From assembly GCA_965195345.1 (NCBI GenBank), contig OZ239628.1:1344001-1408000 (forward strand): a stretch of 64,000 nucleotides of DNA, given 5' to 3'. Position 1 is the first letter of the stretch. Each line of letters opens with the position of its first letter. Below are positions 59,659 through 64,000 of this stretch, in pieces. The position numbers were made by a program, and so were the translations under genes. The stretch is from an uncultured Thiomicrospira sp. Lineage in GTDB: Bacteria > Pseudomonadota > Gammaproteobacteria > CAKMZV01. A model generated the notes under the pieces. The model was not told the origin of the DNA. It did not search any database and was given only the letters and a program-made list of their open reading frames with translations.

Positions 59659-59747
59659 CTTTTCAGACAATTTAGATATTCGTCAATAGATAGATTGTCG
59701 CAATAAAAAATTCATCACCATAAACGAATAACTTTAATCGTTAATTT

Positions 59748-60317
59748 TTATTTATTACGCTTAAAAGTCAATGCAAAGCTGACTGGAACAATGCCTGAAA
59801 TAGGAATAGCGCCGACAGTTTTAGCCAAGTTGATTAAATTAGATGCTGGCAACTTGAAATCTTGACTATTTATAACGATAGGCTTCATGCTGCTTACCGT
59901 AATATGACGTCGTGATTTAGTCGCTAGCACCAAAACTTCATATTTTTTTGTAGTCCCATACCAACTAACATCTATGGGAATAGTCATAGTTTGCACACCC
60001 TTTTTCAACTTTGAAATTTTTGCACTAATATCTATATTCGGATGAGTCAATGATTTAAAAAACAATTTATTCAGACGATCATTACGGATAGAAATTCCAG
60101 TATCAATGCTCTTCAAACCAATTTTGATCTTAACCTCACCAGAAGCAGATAAAGATCCCGTCACATCGCTGAGGGTGGCAGGCTCCACTATATATTCTTT
60201 TTTGATCGTGGCAAGACTCACCATTGAATTGCTTGTGTCCACTTCGTAAGAACGTGAATGTGCTTGTGCCAAAGAAGCAACTAAGCCAAAACTTAAAATA
60301 ATTAGAAATTTATACAT
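59748..60317 (-). CDS. YceI-family periplasmic protein
   Basis: Signal peptide, SIDTGISIRNDRL motif, beta-rich. Confidence 0.82.
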   Translation of the reverse strand: MYKFLIILSFGLVASLAQAHSRSYEVDTSNSMVSLATIKKEYIVEPATLSDVTGSLSASGEVKIKIGLKSIDTGISIRNDRLNKLFFKSLTHPNIDISAKISKLKKGVQTMTIPIDVSWYGTTKKYEVLVLATKSRRHITVSSMKPIVINSQDFKLPASNLINLAKTVGAIPISGIVPVSFALTFKRNK

Positions 60318-60485
60318 ATATATATACCGGTTAGAATGCGAACATTTAATTAAAAATGAAAAAATTTGTTACATTACCATTTTAATTATAACGTGAATCT
60401 AAAATACCGATGACGTTATCTGAATAGTTAAATGGGATGTTATCATCGCATTTCTATCGCCCCATTGCCTCAAGTATATTTGATA

Positions 60486-60508
60486 GAGGAGGCATTCACA
60501 GCCTCCTC
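60486..60508 (-). terminator. GC-rich hairpin downstream of the 60531-60878 gene
   Basis: GAGGAGGC-ATTCACA-GCCTCCTC; weak U-tract. Confidence 0.45.
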
Positions 60509-60530
60509 AAGCTGATGTTATCCGATGTTT

Positions 60531-60878
60531 TTAATCCGACTCTGTAGCTGTATTCAACGTATCGACAAAAGACACATATCGAGGTTTTCCTTTCGAACTG
60601 AATCCTTTATGTTTGTATTCAATTACACTGCTAATCGGTGGCGGATTTCTACGTTCATCCATAGAAAACCCTACACTTATTTTAAAAACGCCGTGTTTTT
60701 CATTACGCACTGTGATTGACCCCAACATACCATCATACTTTCCTTTGCCTTTATGGTGCTGCATTACTGTAGCTGTTTCAATTTGTCGAACCTCCTCCTC
60801 TGCGGAACCAATCCCCAGAAACAATGTTGCCAACAAAAATAATCCAACATTTAACACTTTTTTCGTATGAATCTTCAT
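60531..60878 (-). CDS. signal peptide + stand-alone OB domain of a LigE-type ATP-dependent DNA ligase
   Basis: ATV..H.KGKGKY.GMLGS...FKI..GFS..ERRNPPPI.S.I.YK..G....GKPRY; GGAGG SD; no KxDG adenylation domain. Confidence 0.7.
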   Translation of the reverse strand: MKIHTKKVLNVGLFLLATLFLGIGSAEEEVRQIETATVMQHHKGKGKYDGMLGSITVRNEKHGVFKISVGFSMDERRNPPPISSVIEYKHKGFSSKGKPRYVSFVDTLNTATESD

Positions 60879-61001
60879 ATTAACCTCCAGTTAATAAATT
60901 ACAAAATAAAGTGTTAAATTCTAATCCTTGACGAGCGGACTCACTGGTTACAAGTTTGCAACCATCGTGTCCTAATACTGTAGTGATTTTTGTTAGAAGT
61001 G

Positions 61002-61916
61002 CTATTTAAAATAGCGATTAATGAGACTAGCCAATAGATCAGAGTTATCGTAAGGAATAATAATTTCTCCACCGCCATTTTTCCGTTGTTTTATACGAAC
61101 GTTCAATGAGGTGCTCATGCGAATTTGTTGCTGAATTTTTTTAATATCCGCATCAGTGGTAGTCGGAATTTCAGACTGTACAGATTCCGGCTCCGTTGAA
61201 TGAATAAACTGTTTAACCGCCTGCTCTGTTTGTCGTGCGGACAATTTTTTTTCCATTATTTTACTTACAAAATCTTTTTGTTGCTCCATCGAAAGCGTCA
61301 ACAAAGGACGTACATGTCCCATTTTTAATTGTCCATCACGAACTTTTTGTTTCACACTCGCCTCAAGATCAAGTAAACGGAGTATGTTAGTGATGGCTGA
61401 GCGGGATTTACCCAATGATCTTGCAATTTCCTCATGCGTTAGGTGATAGCTATTAGACAGCTTTTGGATAGCTTCAGCCTCTTCAATAGCATTAAGGTCT
61501 TCACGTTGCAAATTTTCGACCAACGCAACAGCAAGAATGGTACGTTCATCCAAATCATCACGCACTATGACCGGAATAGTTGACACTCCTGCTAATTGAG
61601 CAGCACGCCATCGCCGTTCTCCTGCGATTATTTCATACTTCTCACCATCGGAACGAACAGTAATGGGTTGAATCACTCCCTGAGAACGGATGGAATCTGA
61701 AAGACGCTCAAGAGCTTCTTCGTTAAATTGGCGACGAGGTTGGTTTATACTCGGGTATATTCGATCCAAAGAAACATGCTGACTTAGAGATTGATTATTA
61801 GAAGTTGCAAGCGATTTCTGAACATTCCCAAACTGAGCTTCGTCGCTTAATTTAGTGCGCTGTGTGGGCTTAAGTAGGCTGTCAAGCCCGCGCCCCAATC
61901 CTCCAATTTTATTCAT
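61002..61916 (-). CDS. parB: chromosome partitioning protein ParB
   Basis: GLGRGLDSL, QPRR.F, IIAGERRWRAA, ENLQREDL, HTH; start reassigned to ATG 61916. Confidence 0.96.
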   Translation of the reverse strand: MNKIGGLGRGLDSLLKPTQRTKLSDEAQFGNVQKSLATSNNQSLSQHVSLDRIYPSINQPRRQFNEEALERLSDSIRSQGVIQPITVRSDGEKYEIIAGERRWRAAQLAGVSTIPVIVRDDLDERTILAVALVENLQREDLNAIEEAEAIQKLSNSYHLTHEEIARSLGKSRSAITNILRLLDLEASVKQKVRDGQLKMGHVRPLLTLSMEQQKDFVSKIMEKKLSARQTEQAVKQFIHSTEPESVQSEIPTTTDADIKKIQQQIRMSTSLNVRIKQRKNGGGEIIIPYDNSDLLASLINRYFK

Positions 61917-62055
61917 GATTTTGACTCCAGAAGTCAGTTTTAACAAAACTATAAAAGTTTTTTGAGCAATAAATATGCATTTTAATCTTTTAAATCTCTT
62001 AAATCTTTAAAATAAAAAGTTCTGCCGCAACTTTTTCAGAATTTTATTTATTATT

Positions 62056-62823
62056 TTAAATGATACGTTTCTTCATCAATTCGGAAGCAACAGTCATATA
62101 GGCAATCGACCCCGAGGCCTCTATATCATAGTCAATAGCTGCTTGTCCGTGACTGGGTGCTTCTGCAAGTCGTATATTGCGTGGCACAAGGCTGGTTAAG
62201 ACTTTACTTGAAAAATACTTGAATAATTGGTTAGACACATCTCTGGATAATTTTGACCGACGGTCGTACATTGTCCGCATAACAGCACTAACTTCTAAGT
62301 TAGGATTAAACTCAGAACGCACTCCTTCAATTGTATTGATTAAGCCACTGAGCCCTTCCAGAGAATAGTATTCGCACTGCACTGGAATAATAACACCAGT
62401 CGATGCGACCAATGCGTTCAGCGTCAACAAATTTAAAGTTGGAGGGGTATCAATTAAGATCAAGTCGTAACGGTTTTCAGGTATTTGATTCAATGCCATG
62501 CGCAAACGGCTTTCTCGTTGATCCATATTAACAAGTGCTAATTCAGATTCGGTTAAATTTGCATCTGAAGGTAGTAGAGAAAAATTAGTGTTTTCAGGTT
62601 GAACAATGGCCTGATTAATATTGCATTGACCAAGCATCACTTCATTGGAAGTAAGGCTGAGCGAATATTTCTCTAATCCGCATCCTGAAGTGGCATTGCC
62701 TTGCGGATCAAAGTCAATAAGTAACACACGTTTTTTGCGCAGAGAGAAAGCAGCGCTTAAATTCACAGCAGTAGTGGTCTTACCTACGCCGCCCTTTTGA
62801 TTGCTAATTGAAATTATCTTCAT
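62056..62823 (-). CDS. parA: chromosome partitioning ATPase ParA/Soj
   Basis: NQKGGVGKTT, D.DPQGN, DTPP, QCEYY.LEG, LAEAPSHG; start reassigned to ATG 62823. Confidence 0.96.
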   Translation of the reverse strand: MKIISISNQKGGVGKTTTAVNLSAAFSLRKKRVLLIDFDPQGNATSGCGLEKYSLSLTSNEVMLGQCNINQAIVQPENTNFSLLPSDANLTESELALVNMDQRESRLRMALNQIPENRYDLILIDTPPTLNLLTLNALVASTGVIIPVQCEYYSLEGLSGLINTIEGVRSEFNPNLEVSAVMRTMYDRRSKLSRDVSNQLFKYFSSKVLTSLVPRNIRLAEAPSHGQAAIDYDIEASGSIAYMTVASELMKKRII

Positions 62824-63434
62824 GCTATAGAGCGACTTATACAAATTAAGTTGCGTTCGCCAAGTTCGGCGGGAACTTTCAGGGGAATGATTTCTTGTGC
62901 GTAATTTTTCAGAACATTGGTTGGCTTAACAGCTCCTTTCATACACAGAATTCTACCTCCTTCTGCGCACACAGGCATGCAAAACCGCACTAAATTACTC
63001 AAATTTGAAACAGCTCGACAAATAATCTGAGGAAAAGTTTGCTTTTTTGCTAATGACTCAATACGATCATTTATAACTTCAATATTATGTAACTTTAGCT
63101 CACGTGCTACGTGCCTTAAAAAACGGCACTTTTTACCATTACTATCAAGCAAAGTAAATTCTTGGTTCGAATGCATAATTGCTAAAGGAACTCCAGGAAG
63201 ACCTGCTCCTGAACCAAAGTCAAGCGTTGGTTTTCCCCCCACATATTCTAGTACGCTTAAGCTATCGATAATATGATAATTCACCATCTTATCAAAACAA
63301 GTAATTGCTGTTAGATTGTATATTTTATTCCACTGCCCTAACATATTGAGATAGTCAACAATTTGACTTTTCTGTTTGTCATTAATCAAAATGTTTTGTT
63401 TATTAAGCGCATTTTCAAGTAATAACTCTTGCAC
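62820..63434 (-). CDS. rsmG: 16S rRNA m7G527 methyltransferase
   Basis: WNK.YNLTAI, H..DSL, D.GSGAGLPG, LDSNGKK, RA. Confidence 0.95.
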   Translation of the reverse strand: MQELLLENALNKQNILINDKQKSQIVDYLNMLGQWNKIYNLTAITCFDKMVNYHIIDSLSVLEYVGGKPTLDFGSGAGLPGVPLAIMHSNQEFTLLDSNGKKCRFLRHVARELKLHNIEVINDRIESLAKKQTFPQIICRAVSNLSNLVRFCMPVCAEGGRILCMKGAVKPTNVLKNYAQEIIPLKVPAELGERNLICISRSIA

Positions 63435-63445
63435 AATATTTGATA

Positions 63446-64000
63446 TTATTCTGCAAGTACTGATGAATGACGCTTAATAGCCACCAGCAGTATCGAAATG
63501 GCTGCTGGCGTAACTCCTGAAATGCGCGACGCTTGGCCAATGGTTTGAGGACGAGTTTCCATAAGCTTCTGAAGAACCTCATTTGACAAACCTTTTACAG
63601 ATTCATATTTGAACTGCTCGGGTATTCTTTGATTAGAATGATGAAGTTGCTTATCGATTTCCATTTGCTGACGTTTGATATAGCCTGCATATTTAATTTC
63701 TGATTCAACTTGTCTCGTAATTGTTCTTGCCAATGCCGGATCAGTAAATTCTGGTAAGCAACAAAAATCTTGATAATTGAAATCGGGACGCTTGAGTAAC
63801 TCTTCAAAGCTAACATCTTTGGTGATGGCATCGCCAAATAATTTTTTAGCCTTGTCGCTTAAATTTTCCGGATGTACTCTAATTGATCGAAGACGTTTTC
63901 TTTCTTGTTCGATTTTTTGCCATTTTTTCTCAAAAGTGCGCATCCGAAAATCACTGACCAACCCAAGTTTATAGCCAATTTCTGTAAGACGCGCATCCGC
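63446..64000 (-). CDS. mnmG: tRNA uridine-5-carboxymethylaminomethyl modification enzyme, C-terminal part (runs off window)
   Basis: ADARLTEIGYKLGLV, KYAGYIKRQ, GLSNEV, GQASRISGVTPAAIS. Confidence 0.95.
   Translation of the reverse strand, partial: ADARLTEIGYKLGLVSDFRMRTFEKKWQKIEQERKRLRSIRVHPENLSDKAKKLFGDAITKDVSFEELLKRPDFNYQDFCCLPEFTDPALARTITRQVESEIKYAGYIKRQQMEIDKQLHHSNQRIPEQFKYESVKGLSNEVLQKLMETRPQTIGQASRISGVTPAAISILLVAIKRHSSVLAE

Noticed and set aside
61917-62055. oriC in the parA-parB spacer
   Set aside because: AT-rich repeats are present, but no DnaA boxes (TTATCCACA) were seen; the origin usually lies upstream of mnmG, outside the window
1-64000. tRNA, rRNA, IS elements or prophage genes
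   Set aside because: No cloverleaf or rRNA signatures, transposase ORFs or phage structural genes recognised by eye

Overview
Chromosomal segment of an AT-rich bacterium, most likely a gammaproteobacterium. Gene order supports this: rpsF-rpsR-DUF2232-rplI-dnaB-alr; mlaFEDCB-ibaG-murA-hisGDC; rhodanese-grxC-secB-gpsA-gpmI-envC; hemCDXY; aroQ-accBC; mnmG-rsmG-parAB. Most of the window is dense housekeeping genes. The main accessory feature is a ~5.5 kb island (about 34970-40410): an integrase-less integron cassette array (CALIN) with four to six largely degenerated attC sites. It carries a translationally coupled TIR (ThsB-like) gene plus an unknown helical partner, an Mrr type IV restriction endonuclease and several small unknown cassettes, and it abuts an inverted PD-(D/E)XK nuclease gene. 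The TIR + unknown partner pair is the best candidate for an undescribed anti-phage system. Other oddities: a signal peptide fused directly to the OB domain of a LigE-type DNA ligase with no catalytic domain; a solitary archaeal-style PurD-like ATP-grasp enzyme with an altered substrate motif; an orphan, divergent MinC without minDE. No rRNA, tRNA, CRISPR array or transposase was recognised. All family calls come from motif recognition by eye, not database searches.
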